A DNA stretch of 64,000 nt. It comes from a virus. Its lineage: Duplodnaviria; Caudoviricetes. The stretch's first letter is position 1. Each line of letters opens with the position of its first letter. Position numbers and translations under genes: made by a program. The stretch covers positions 1,583 to 65,582 of IMG/VR virus record IMGVR_UViG_3300035501_000527; one strand, written 5' to 3'. This document shows, piece by piece, positions 18,811-28,844 of the stretch. Under the pieces are notes generated by a model, which saw only the letters and a list, made by a program, of their open reading frames with translations, did not search any database and was not told the DNA's origin.

Positions 18811-19949
18811 GTTGGAATCCGATATTAAATAAGTTTATAGAAATTAAATATGAGTACATAAGAAGATTTGGAAGTATTGTATACGATTATAAAGATGGAT
18901 ATACAAACGAGTCCAAAACCTGTCTTAATAGATGGGTTTCGGAATTAAATAAGATTGAACAGTGTGATAAATATAAGGAATATGAAGATTTTATTTCGTG
19001 TCTGGAGTTAAACCAACACGAGAATATGCTGTTGTTCAGATACGGAAGATATAGCAATATTTATGATGGTGAGACTGAGGTATCTGGCGAAGATTTTTGG
19101 GATAGATATGATGGTATTTATAGAGAGTGCAGAAGTGTAGTTATTGATGTCGTGAAAGATTGTATCATATTATGTCCAATGAAGAAGTTTTGGAATTTAA
19201 ATGAGTTGGAAGAAACAAGTTTAGAGAATATTCAAGATAGAATTAGCAAGGCGAAGACAATAGAATTTTCGGATAAGTTAGATGGTTCCATGCAATCTGC
19301 ACGTTGGTATGATGGTAAAATTGTTATGGCTGGCAGTCAAGCAGTTAATCCAAATAAATCGTGGCGATTAAAAGATGGATACAGGATGATTCATAGCTTG
19401 CCTGGATATAAAGAGATACTTATGAAATATTCAGATTATACTTTTATATTTGAATACATTGCTCTAAAGGATACTCATGTTGTTAAGTATACAAGAGAGC
19501 AAGAAGGATTGTATCTTATAAGCATTAGAGATATAGAGACAGGGTATGAATGGAGCTATAATACGGTAATTAGTATTGCAAATGAATATAATATCCCTAC
19601 AACAAAATTGTTTAATAAAACACTTAAACAAGTATTATCTGAACTTGACGATAAATCATCCGATGAAGCTGAAGGTTTTGTAATTAATATTGACGGTTAT
19701 AGAGTCAAGGTGAAGTATTCGGATTATGTATCTATCCATAAAGCCTTATCTAAATTATCTTCCGTCAATCTTATTATTCGTAGTATTGCTGATGACAAGT
19801 ATGATGATCTTCTTTCTAAACTCCCAATTGCGTATCATGACAATGTTAAAAAGGTTGCTGGTATTGTAGTTGATTATATTAACAAAACCGAGAAGACGAT
19901 TAGAGAATATTATAGCAGAGACCAAAGGATAACAGGAAAGAGTTTATGA
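18807..19949 (+). CDS. RNA ligase, T4 Rnl1-like; C-terminus frameshifted
   Basis: KFWNLNE, DKLDGS, FIFEY, EGFV, KVKYSDY motifs. Confidence 0.85.
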   Translation: MSWNPILNKFIEIKYEYIRRFGSIVYDYKDGYTNESKTCLNRWVSELNKIEQCDKYKEYEDFISCLELNQHENMLLFRYGRYSNIYDGETEVSGEDFWDRYDGIYRECRSVVIDVVKDCIILCPMKKFWNLNELEETSLENIQDRISKAKTIEFSDKLDGSMQSARWYDGKIVMAGSQAVNPNKSWRLKDGYRMIHSLPGYKEILMKYSDYTFIFEYIALKDTHVVKYTREQEGLYLISIRDIETGYEWSYNTVISIANEYNIPTTKLFNKTLKQVLSELDDKSSDEAEGFVINIDGYRVKVKYSDYVSIHKALSKLSSVNLIIRSIADDKYDDLLSKLPIAYHDNVKKVAGIVVDYINKTEKTIREYYSRDQRITGKSL

Positions 19950-20116
19950 TTTGGATTGATAAGAATGTTCCTAAAGAGTTTCGGAGTTATTGCAGAGAAT
20001 TGTATCTTGGTAAAACAATCAATGTAATTAAGAGTGGAAATGGAAAGCAACCTAAATATAAAAAACTGAAAGATATGGGAGTAGAAGATTATTATAAGAT
20101 TTTTACAGAGGAGTAA
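19946..20116 (+). CDS. Detached C-terminal piece of Rnl1-like ligase, or coupled small ORF
   Basis: -1 frame open from 19922; ATGA overlap with ligase stop. Confidence 0.5.
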   Translation: MIWIDKNVPKEFRSYCRELYLGKTINVIKSGNGKQPKYKKLKDMGVEDYYKIFTEE

Positions 20117-20122
20117 TTACAT

Positions 20123-21028
20123 ATGAAACCTACCTTTATTATGATGTGTGGTTTACCGGGTAGTTGGAAATCCAGCTATGCAGAAGTTATATCAGAAAAA
20201 AATAATTCCGTAATTTGCAGTTCAGATGCTATTAGGGAAGAATTGTTTGGCGATGTAAACAATCAAGATAATAACGAAGAAGTATTTAAAGAATTACATA
20301 AGAGAGTGAAAGAGAATCTTAGTAATGGGAGAAATGTTATTTATGATGCCTGTAACATTAACTCAAAACGGCGTAAAACATTTTTGGATGAATTAAAGAA
20401 AATTCCTTGCGAGAAGCAATGTATTATTATGGCTTCACCATATGAGAAATGTTTAAGAGATAATAAAATAAGACGCAAAGTTGTTCCTGATGAAGTGATA
20501 ACGAAAATGTATAAAAATTGGCAGACACCTTATTATTTCGAGGGTTGGGATAAAATTGCAATATTTCGTGTGCCAGGTACAGATAGGTCACTTAATGATT
20601 TTGTGATTAAACATATAAAGTACAATCAGGATAATTCTCATCATACTTTATCTCTTGGGGAACATTCTTTGACAGTGGCTCATAATTTTGAAAAGCCAAT
20701 GTTATATTATGCTGGTTTACTTCATGATTGCGGAAAGCCTTTCACAAAATCCTTTACGAATTATAAAGGTGAAATTAGTGAAGATGCGCATTATTACGGA
20801 CACGAGTGCGTGGGAGCGTATGAAAGTTTATTTTTTAGATATCCAGATGAAGATAATATTAATGAGTTGGATATCTCTATTCTAATCAATTTACATATGC
20901 GTCCTTATTTCTGGGAGAAAGATAAAGAACACGGCGAAAAGACGAGAGAGAAGTATCGGAAACTTTGGGGCGAAGAACTGTATCAGAATGTGATGAAGTT
21001 GCATGAAGCTGATAAGAAGGCTCATTGA
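20123..21028 (+). CDS. Polynucleotide kinase (AAA_33-like) fused to HD domain; Walker A altered
   Basis: GLPGSWKS, SSDAIR, YDACN; HSL..LLHDCGK HD motif. Confidence 0.85.
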   Translation: MKPTFIMMCGLPGSWKSSYAEVISEKNNSVICSSDAIREELFGDVNNQDNNEEVFKELHKRVKENLSNGRNVIYDACNINSKRRKTFLDELKKIPCEKQCIIMASPYEKCLRDNKIRRKVVPDEVITKMYKNWQTPYYFEGWDKIAIFRVPGTDRSLNDFVIKHIKYNQDNSHHTLSLGEHSLTVAHNFEKPMLYYAGLLHDCGKPFTKSFTNYKGEISEDAHYYGHECVGAYESLFFRYPDEDNINELDISILINLHMRPYFWEKDKEHGEKTREKYRKLWGEELYQNVMKLHEADKKAH

Positions 21029-21058
21029 AACTAAATTATTAAAAAGATAGGTGAACTT

Positions 21059-21454
21059 ATGAGTACAAATGAAATATTAAGAGAGTCTTTTAGAAAAGTC
21101 TTGGATTATAAACCAACAGGTAAAGAACTGACTCGTCAAAAAGAAATTGAGGAACTTGCTGCCAAAGAAAAGGAAGAATACAACAGAAAAAGATATGATT
21201 TTTATAATGATCCTTTGCATTGGGACAATAATAAACGTAGAAGACATCATCTACCGGTATTAAGAGGAAATAAAAATAAATATAGAAGTAAAACGTTTCC
21301 CGCGTTTCATCCAACTGTACGTTTCTTTTGTACGATCGAAGATATGATAGACGATGTATTGGGCGATGTTATAACACAGGACAGATTTTTCAACCAATTT
21401 GTAGATACAAAGAATTTAGAGTGGGGGGATAAAAACGTATTTAGATTAAAATAA
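21059..21454 (+). CDS. Hypothetical protein
   Basis: ORF track. Confidence 0.75.
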   Translation: MSTNEILRESFRKVLDYKPTGKELTRQKEIEELAAKEKEEYNRKRYDFYNDPLHWDNNKRRRHHLPVLRGNKNKYRSKTFPAFHPTVRFFCTIEDMIDDVLGDVITQDRFFNQFVDTKNLEWGDKNVFRLK

Positions 21455-21487
21455 ATTCTCGGTTCTATTGGGAGGTGAAAGATATAG

Positions 21488-21904
21488 GTGGATGATATTA
21501 TAGATGCTACTGAGTTATTTAAGCAAATTGAAAAAATCTGTTATCCTGTTGTTCAAAGTATGGATGAAAAAGAATATTTGTGGTATAAGCTTTTGTGTTA
21601 CTATCATGCAAAAACAGAATTATATGATAGAACATTGACTGATGAAAGAAGTCCTTATGATCCAACAGAAGCATTTATTACTAGTAGAAATCGTAGTACT
21701 TCAGAATACTATGCTGAAATAATGTATACAAGGATAAGGATATTTGCTTCTAAACTAAAAATCCCTGACGCAGTTATTCAAAAAAATAAAAATGGGATTA
21801 CATATAGATATTCTGCACAGGGATGGATAAATGAGTATAATAGGTTGGTTAAAGATGGTGAAATGGGTTTTATAAATAAGGTAATGAACGGATGGGCTTT
21901 ATAA
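21488..21904 (+). CDS. Hypothetical protein
   Basis: ORF track. Confidence 0.75.
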   Translation: MDDIIDATELFKQIEKICYPVVQSMDEKEYLWYKLLCYYHAKTELYDRTLTDERSPYDPTEAFITSRNRSTSEYYAEIMYTRIRIFASKLKIPDAVIQKNKNGITYRYSAQGWINEYNRLVKDGEMGFINKVMNGWAL

Positions 21905-21943
21905 ATATGGGAAATAAATTCCACGTTTTAAGGAGAAAAATAT

Positions 21944-22303
21944 ATGAGCATGATAAAGAGTTATTATGTTATAGTCGGCTTTGATTTAACTGGCTATGAG
22001 ACAGATAAATTTAATGATTGGAAATGGACAGAAGAAGGAGAAAAATATCTTAACGGTCATATTAATGGTTCAGTTCAGTTGTTTGATGATCCTGTGAATG
22101 AAGAACATTTATATCTAGGATATGTTTTGGCTTGTGGTGATGAGTATGATTTCGCAACACAAGCATTCAATTTATCTGATATTACAAGTGTTGAAAATGA
22201 AACATTTGCTACATTAATAAAATTAGAAAAAGTAGGAGTTATTCTAAAAGATTCATATTTTAAGCTACATTACAAAATTATTGCGTTTGAGGAGTGTAGA
22301 TAA
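21944..22303 (+). CDS. Hypothetical protein
   Basis: ORF track; AAGGAG RBS. Confidence 0.75.
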   Translation: MSMIKSYYVIVGFDLTGYETDKFNDWKWTEEGEKYLNGHINGSVQLFDDPVNEEHLYLGYVLACGDEYDFATQAFNLSDITSVENETFATLIKLEKVGVILKDSYFKLHYKIIAFEECR

Positions 22304-22360
22304 AATAGAAAAGAACGGAAGCTTATATTCGTGCAATGGAAGAAATGGAGGATCGGAAGA

Positions 22361-22585
22361 ATGGCTAAAACGGTTGATATGTCTGGTTTCGACGAATTCT
22401 TTGATAATCTCGAAGAATATGTAAATAAGCAAGGTTGTACTCTTGGTAAAGATGCTGATAGGTTACAGGAACTGATGCATTGCATTTCATATTGTTATAT
22501 TCATGGAGTTGTTACTGATAGTCAAAGAGATCAAATGAACAAGAAATTTGTGAAACAATTTCAGAAAGCGTTGTATGAATTATAA
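22361..22585 (+). CDS. Hypothetical protein
   Basis: GGAGG RBS favours ATG 22361. Confidence 0.7.
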   Translation: MAKTVDMSGFDEFFDNLEEYVNKQGCTLGKDADRLQELMHCISYCYIHGVVTDSQRDQMNKKFVKQFQKALYEL

Positions 22586-22736
22586 ACCAGATAGAAACGA
22601 TATTTTATGAGGAGTTTATATGATAACTACATATTGTAATTATGGTTTTATGATAATGATAAAGGATGATTTTGATGAAATGTTTGAGATGACGGATAAA
22701 AGAAGTAATCATGAAGAATAGGTTGGTGATTAATCA

Positions 22737-23504
22737 ATGATTTATATAACAGGAGATATACATGGTGATCCAAGTAGATTTTCAGTAGATTGTTTTCCAG
22801 AACAAAAAGAGATGACTAAAGAAGATTATGTTATCGTTCTCGGTGATTTCGGTCTTGTTTGGGATTATAAAGGCGAAAATAATCATGAAAAGTATTGGTT
22901 AGATTGGTTAGAAAATAAACCATTTACAACATTATTCATTGATGGGAACCATGAGAACTATGACAGATTAGATGCTTATCCAGTAGAAGAATGGCATGGT
23001 GGCAAGATTCATAAGATTAGACCGTCAGTAATTCATTTGATGCGTGGGCAAGTATTCACTATTGAAGATAAGACATTCTTTACATTTGGTGGTGCAAGCA
23101 GCCATGATATTTCTGCCGGTATTTTAGAGCCAAATGACCTTGATTTTAAAGAAAGAAAAAAGAGATTAGATAAAGACCCATTCGCTTTGTATAGAATCAA
23201 TCATATTAGTTGGTGGAAAAGAGAGTTACCTAGTGAAGAAGAAATGAATGAAGGATTGGAAGATCTTGAAAAGCAGAATAATAAAGTAGATTACATCCTT
23301 ACTCATTGCGCTTATACTTCGTTGCTTAGACAATTAGATGGTGGTTCTGGTTTATACGAGAGTGATTACCTAACGGATTACTTACAGAAGATTAAACAAA
23401 TAATAGATTATAAGCAATGGTTATTTGGGCATTTTCACGTTAATGAAAATTTCTATTGGGAAAGAGCAACATGTATTTATGAGCAAATTGTTAGAATTTT
23501 ATAA
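22737..23504 (+). CDS. Calcineurin-like metallophosphoesterase
   Basis: GDIHG, GDFG, GNHEN, THC, GHFH motifs. Confidence 0.9.
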   Translation: MIYITGDIHGDPSRFSVDCFPEQKEMTKEDYVIVLGDFGLVWDYKGENNHEKYWLDWLENKPFTTLFIDGNHENYDRLDAYPVEEWHGGKIHKIRPSVIHLMRGQVFTIEDKTFFTFGGASSHDISAGILEPNDLDFKERKKRLDKDPFALYRINHISWWKRELPSEEEMNEGLEDLEKQNNKVDYILTHCAYTSLLRQLDGGSGLYESDYLTDYLQKIKQIIDYKQWLFGHFHVNENFYWERATCIYEQIVRIL

Positions 23505-23527
23505 GAATAAAAAGGAGATAAAAGAAT

Positions 23528-23653
23528 ATGGGAATTACATGTAAGCCAATTGGCAAGTTTGAAGGAATATTAAGAAAAGTAGAAAATAAAGCAGAACAAC
23601 AGAGAAAAGAATCTAAAATTAGGAAAGATAATAAGAAAAGTATTAAAAAGTAA
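23528..23653 (+). CDS. Small basic protein (41 aa)
   Basis: Manually translated; AAGGAG RBS. Confidence 0.5.
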   Translation: MGITCKPIGKFEGILRKVENKAEQQRKESKIRKDNKKSIKK

Positions 23654-23822
23654 ATTAATATTGTTGTGAACACTTATTAGATACAAAAATCTATTGAACA
23701 GGTTTGGCGGTCTGCTTAATAGAAGATAAATACATATAACACAATTTAAAAAATCCAGTTTTATAAAATTGAATAGTAAAGAGGGCGATTAAAAGATATT
23801 AGAAAATAATATATATGAATTA

Positions 23823-24548
23823 TTGCAAGGTGATTGCATTGAATTAATGAGTAACATTCCAGATAAATCAATTGATATGATATTTTGTGACCTTCCTTAT
23901 GGGACGACTCAATGCAAGTGGGACATGGTTATTCCATTTGAATCGCTTTGGAAACAATACAATAGAGTTATTAAAGATAATGGTGCAATTTTGTTGTTTA
24001 GCAGCCAGCCATTCACAAGTGCTTTAGTTATGAGCAATCCTAAGATGTTTAAATATGAATGGATTTGGCAAAAGACTCATCCAAAAGGACATTTGAACGC
24101 TAAGAAAATGCCGATGAGAGCGCATGAAAATATAGAAGTATTCTATAAGAAACCTCCTACATACAATCCACAAATGACACATGGGCATAAAAGAAAGGTA
24201 GCAAAAACTAATTACATAAGAGAATCAGATGGTAATAGTTGTTACGGTAGAGAAGTGAGAAATACTTCTTATGATAGTACAGACAGGTATCCATTAGATG
24301 TTCAAGTATTTAGTAATGCCGATCAAACGAAGAAGTTGCATCCGACAGAAAAGCCAGTTGAACTATGTGAATATATGATTAAAACATATACAGATGAAGG
24401 ACAAATAATATTGGATAATTGTATGGGTTCTGGAACAACTGGTGTCGCAGCAATCAATTTACATAGAAAATTTATAGGGATTGAATTAGACAAGAATTAT
24501 TTTGATATTGCTGAAAAGCGGATTAAAGAAAGTTTAGAAATTAAATAA
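23823..24548 (+). CDS. N6-adenine/N4-cytosine DNA methyltransferase (beta class)
   Basis: DLPYG catalytic motif, HPTEKP, LDNCMGSGTTG; frame is open back to ATA 23796. Confidence 0.9.
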   Translation: MQGDCIELMSNIPDKSIDMIFCDLPYGTTQCKWDMVIPFESLWKQYNRVIKDNGAILLFSSQPFTSALVMSNPKMFKYEWIWQKTHPKGHLNAKKMPMRAHENIEVFYKKPPTYNPQMTHGHKRKVAKTNYIRESDGNSCYGREVRNTSYDSTDRYPLDVQVFSNADQTKKLHPTEKPVELCEYMIKTYTDEGQIILDNCMGSGTTGVAAINLHRKFIGIELDKNYFDIAEKRIKESLEIK

Positions 24549-24613
24549 CAAAATAAATCAGAAAGGAAAAAGATAGGTAGCTACTAAGGACATGTCACTT
24601 TCTGGTAAATAAT

Positions 24614-25156
24614 TTGGGACTAAATGTAGGATATTTAACATCTGATAAAGAAGATAATGAGCTTTATTCTCCCTACTATATTGTAGACCACATCATCAAA
24701 TATCTCCCAAAAGATAAAATTATATGGTGTTCATTTGATGAAGAATGGAGTGCTTTTTATCAAAGATTGAAAGAAGAAGGATTTAATGTAGTCAGAAGTT
24801 CGTTACAAGAAGGGCAGGATTTCTTCAAGTATGAACCTGATAAGTGGGATATTATCGTGTCTAATCCACCATTTTCAATTAAAGACAAGGTATTAGAACG
24901 TTTATATTCATTTAATAAGCCATTTGCAATTCTACTTCCACTAAACTCGCTGCAAGGTAAGACAAGATATAAATATTTTAAACAAGGTATTCAGATACTT
25001 AGTTTTGATGCGAGAGTCTGCTATCACGACAAAGAACATATGGATAGTGTAGTAAAAGGAAGCCCGTTCGCAACAGCTTATTTTTGTAGAAATTTACTTC
25101 CGAAAGATTTGATTGTGGAAAAGTTAATTACATATGAAAGACCGTTGATTAGATAG
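24614..25156 (+). CDS. Short adenine-specific DNA methyltransferase
   Basis: IWCSFD, SNPPFS motifs. Confidence 0.8.
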   Translation: MGLNVGYLTSDKEDNELYSPYYIVDHIIKYLPKDKIIWCSFDEEWSAFYQRLKEEGFNVVRSSLQEGQDFFKYEPDKWDIIVSNPPFSIKDKVLERLYSFNKPFAILLPLNSLQGKTRYKYFKQGIQILSFDARVCYHDKEHMDSVVKGSPFATAYFCRNLLPKDLIVEKLITYERPLIR

Positions 25157-25235
25157 TGTCTGATGGTGTTAGAACCATCGTTTCATAAGGAGGAAATGAG
25201 ATATAGAAATCAATATATATTTAGTAATACATTTT

Positions 25236-25721
25236 GTGATTTTTGTTGTTTCTTTTTTAGCAGCAATTTCTTGTTTTATATTTGTTGATGAAACTAATAT
25301 TAAATTTATTATATTTGCTTACATTTTTTTATTTATAAGTGTATCTTCCACAATATTTCTTTTTATTGGTGATGATAAAATGGAATCTTCTTCCTGGCAA
25401 TATGGTGAAGAACCGTACTCAACAGAACATATAGTTGCCTTGAGTGATAATAATATGATATCTGGAAAGTTTTATATTAGATCAGGCTATATAGATGAAA
25501 ATCTTTATTATCAATACCTAGTTAAATTAAATAGTGGTGGTTTTGTGGCAAATAAGGTTAAAGCATCAAACACTACATTATTTTATGATACAGACAATTA
25601 TCGTGTGGAATGGTATACAAGGACAAAGAAGTGGTTGTACTTTGAGAAAAAAGAAAATTATGTAAAGATTTATATTCCGGAAGACAGTATCAGTAGTGAT
25701 TTCTCCGTTGATTTGAATTAA
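25236..25721 (+). CDS. Membrane protein (two N-terminal TM helices)
   Basis: Hydrophobic N-terminus. Confidence 0.7.
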   Translation: MIFVVSFLAAISCFIFVDETNIKFIIFAYIFLFISVSSTIFLFIGDDKMESSSWQYGEEPYSTEHIVALSDNNMISGKFYIRSGYIDENLYYQYLVKLNSGGFVANKVKASNTTLFYDTDNYRVEWYTRTKKWLYFEKKENYVKIYIPEDSISSDFSVDLN

Positions 25722-25732
25722 AGAGGTTATTT

Positions 25733-26095
25733 ATGAAAGCAATAATTTTTGATAGGTGGTTTCAATCACCAGATGAATTTAAAGAATTTTGTGAAAGTAT
25801 CGGATATAAAAGATTTGACATTATAAGCTGTTCAAGAAATTATGATTTAATGTTTGACGAAAGAGTTATTGAATTTTGCGAAGAAAGATTATCAAAATTA
25901 TGGAGTGAAATGGTTTATAAAGGCAAAGAGAGCATTGAATTCAAAATAGGTTTCGCTGGTGCAGGATATATTCGTGATATAGATACAGATAAAACATGGG
26001 TTATTGAACACAATAAGGTCGATGCTCCGATTATTAAATATGTGACACCTAGAAGGAACGAGTATGGACATTTATCTGTGTTATACATTAATTGA
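25733..26095 (+). CDS. Hypothetical protein
   Basis: ORF track. Confidence 0.75.
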   Translation: MKAIIFDRWFQSPDEFKEFCESIGYKRFDIISCSRNYDLMFDERVIEFCEERLSKLWSEMVYKGKESIEFKIGFAGAGYIRDIDTDKTWVIEHNKVDAPIIKYVTPRRNEYGHLSVLYIN

Positions 26096-26127
26096 AGTAT
26101 TTTTTTATTTAGGAGGTTAAAACTAAT

Positions 26128-26331
26128 ATGGACAAAGAAGAATTATTAAATATCCTTGATAACGGTATGACGGTAGATGAGCTAATTAAAAAGTTAAGAA
26201 AATTTGATGAAGATATCCTTGTTATTAATGGTAAAGATAAGGAGGGTCTTCCTGTCACTTATGTTGAGGAAACAGATATTAATTACTGTTATGATGAAAT
26301 TATTCGTAAGAAAGTAGTACAAATCTGGTAA
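26128..26331 (+). CDS. Hypothetical protein
   Basis: ORF track; AGGAGG RBS. Confidence 0.75.
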   Translation: MDKEELLNILDNGMTVDELIKKLRKFDEDILVINGKDKEGLPVTYVEETDINYCYDEIIRKKVVQIW

Positions 26332-26346
26332 TAAAAGGAGAATATA

Positions 26347-26793
26347 ATGGTAGAAATCTTAGGTGGTCATCTAAAAATGTTCATGGATTTAATGGACGAG
26401 AATTGCGAAGACACGAAAATTACATATGCTGGTGATCAATATGAGGTTTGGCAAGTATCGGATTATTTATTTCAAAGAATGTGTGATATGTCAGAAGAAA
26501 AATTTGTTGAGATAGCTGGTAAAGATGCTTGGTGGAGAAGTGCAGAAGGCAGTGTTATGGGTGTTCCTGATATGAAGACACATATTAAAGGACATGAAAT
26601 GTTAGGATGGGATAAATTTTGGGAGCACGACGAATCAGATAATGTATCCGAATATGATTTTCGTAGTCTTACATCTTATTTATGTGACGTTTGTGGTGCT
26701 TCACAACCTACAAATGTCTGTGCGCTGGCAGTGGATCTAGCCAAGTATAACAATATGACTATGGGCGAGCTATTTAGTAAGTATGAAGGATAA
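26347..26793 (+). CDS. Hypothetical protein
   Basis: ORF track; AAGGAG RBS. Confidence 0.75.
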   Translation: MVEILGGHLKMFMDLMDENCEDTKITYAGDQYEVWQVSDYLFQRMCDMSEEKFVEIAGKDAWWRSAEGSVMGVPDMKTHIKGHEMLGWDKFWEHDESDNVSEYDFRSLTSYLCDVCGASQPTNVCALAVDLAKYNNMTMGELFSKYEG

Positions 26794-26806
26794 GGAGAAT
26801 TAAATT

Positions 26807-27112
26807 TTGAAATATAAAATTAGTAATGCTTATATAGAAATTAATGGAGAAAGCATAGCAGTTGGTACTGTTTTAGGGGAAGAAGATAAACCGGAAAGCC
26901 TGTATATGTCAGAGACAATTACAAATTCTGAATACGAAAAAGGATTAAAAGAATTTATTTATGGAACATCACGAATAAATGATTTGGTCTATCATCGTGT
27001 TGCAGTATTTAAGGATTTTGTCGCTACAAGTCCTGTTGAACAGAAGTGGATTGATGAATTGAAGTTAATGGGATACGATACGTCAAAATTAGCATATGTG
27101 ATAGCGGAATAG
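26807..27112 (+). CDS. Hypothetical protein
   Basis: ORF track. Confidence 0.75.
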   Translation: MKYKISNAYIEINGESIAVGTVLGEEDKPESLYMSETITNSEYEKGLKEFIYGTSRINDLVYHRVAVFKDFVATSPVEQKWIDELKLMGYDTSKLAYVIAE

Positions 27113-27344
27113 AAGCAACATTTTATTGGTAAAATAAAGCTAGTAAAATCAATGAGTTTAGAGGTTGAAAATTAAAAAAGAGATAAAATAGAACAAAAAT
27201 AAGTATTTTTAATGTTTTTCGGAAAATTATTAAAAATAGAGTCCAAAAAAGTCTTAGTTTTCAATAGTTTTTTGGCATTTAAATACAGAAACACAAAATG
27301 TAAAAATCCCCATAGAACGGTAGTTTCAAAGGGATTTTTATACA

Positions 27345-27555
27345 GTAATGTATAACCTCATATGAGGTATTTGAATAGCCTAAGTCTTAATTGACTACGT
27401 TCATTTAGTTATCACACCATAGAATGATTCCCTAGTTCTATGCAACTGTGTAGGCACTGTAAAAGTCTTGAAAATCACGAGACGGTCAACCTAGTATTGG
27501 TCGAATGACAAGCTATTTGAACATTGGCGAAGGGAAACAACTCTGAAAGGAGGAC
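27345..27555 (+). ncRNA. omegaRNA (HEARO-type) scaffold of IscB; 5' end approximate
   Basis: ATAGCCTAAGTC..GACTACGTT..CCCTAGTTCT..AACATTGGCGAAGGG hallmarks directly upstream of iscB. Confidence 0.8.
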
Positions 27556-27560
27556 GAAAC

Positions 27561-28844
27561 TTGAGAGTATTCGTCAAAAATATGAGAGGTGAGGCTTTAA
27601 TGCCTTGCTCTCAAAGAAAAGCTAGACTTCTATTAAAAGAAGATAAGGCAAAAATTATTAACTATAAGCCATTTGCAATACAATTAAAAATTCAAACTGG
27701 CGAATCAACACAAGAAATTCATCTTGGAATTGATACAGGTGCAAAGTATATTGGTATTGCTGCTACAAGCGGTAATAAGGTCTTAGCAAAAGGTGAGATT
27801 GAATTAAGAGATGATATTCATAAGAATATGACAAATCGACAAACCTTGCGAAAAACGAGAAGAAGCAGAAAAACAAGACATAGACCATCGAGATTTCTAA
27901 ATAGAAAAAGAAAAGATGGCTGGTTGCCACCAACAGTTCAAAGTAAGCTAGATGCTACTTTTATGTGGATAGACAAATTTATTAGTTTATTACCAAATCC
28001 AATTTTACATATAGAAGTTGGGAAATTTAATACTCAAAAAATGAAAAATCCTGACATTACTAACGAAGAGTATCAGAATGGTCAATGTGCAGGATATTAT
28101 GATACAAGGTATTTTGTATTTGCAAGAGATAATTATATATGTCAAGTATGCAAAAAGAAAAATAAAATATTACGCACACATCATCTTTTATATAAGTCAA
28201 AAGGTGGCACTGACAGTGCAGACAATTTAATAACTGTTTGCACCGATTGTCATACATCAGAGAATCACAAACAAGGTGGCATTTTCTATGATTGGATGAT
28301 GAAACATAAGAAAGTAAAATCATATAAAGAAGCAACATTTATGAACATTGTTAGAAGAAGAACTTTTCTGAAGTACCCCGATGCTGTTATTACGTATGGA
28401 TCAGAAACCTCTCCATATAGAAAAGAACTTGGGTTAGAGAAAACTCATTATAATGATGCTATTGCCATTTCAAAGATTGAAAATATTAAAGAAAATCCAA
28501 ACGAATATTTTTGTATTAAACAGTTCAGAAAGAAAAAACGCTCATTGCATGAAAGTATCCCAATCAGAGGCAGAAGAAAAGATAAGAATGTAAATGCAGA
28601 AAGAAAAAATAAGAATGTTCCTTATAGAGCAGGTTGGTATATGAATGATATGGCTTTGTGTGAAGGACAAATAGGATGGATTTATGGTTTTTCTGGAGGG
28701 AATACATCAAATGCTTGTGTATTAAGAGATATAAATGGTAGCATTGTTCGCACTTCAACTGTTAGTAAAAATACGCCAAGTATCAATACTTCTACTTTAA
28801 AATTTATTTGTCATAACAATAATTGGCAATATCAAATTATATAA
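27561..28844 (+). CDS. iscB: IscB RNA-guided endonuclease (PLMP, RuvC, bridge helix, HNH)
   Basis: ALMPC, GIDTG, RRSRKTRHR, HIEVG, HH..GG..NL..C..CH, HYNDA. Confidence 0.92.
   Translation: MRVFVKNMRGEALMPCSQRKARLLLKEDKAKIINYKPFAIQLKIQTGESTQEIHLGIDTGAKYIGIAATSGNKVLAKGEIELRDDIHKNMTNRQTLRKTRRSRKTRHRPSRFLNRKRKDGWLPPTVQSKLDATFMWIDKFISLLPNPILHIEVGKFNTQKMKNPDITNEEYQNGQCAGYYDTRYFVFARDNYICQVCKKKNKILRTHHLLYKSKGGTDSADNLITVCTDCHTSENHKQGGIFYDWMMKHKKVKSYKEATFMNIVRRRTFLKYPDAVITYGSETSPYRKELGLEKTHYNDAIAISKIENIKENPNEYFCIKQFRKKKRSLHESIPIRGRRKDKNVNAERKNKNVPYRAGWYMNDMALCEGQIGWIYGFSGGNTSNACVLRDINGSIVRTSTVSKNTPSINTSTLKFICHNNNWQYQII

Noticed and set aside
27314-27327. Second SOS box AGAACGGTAGTTTC
   Set aside because: Imperfect, lies in a hairpin loop, and has no convincing promoter around it
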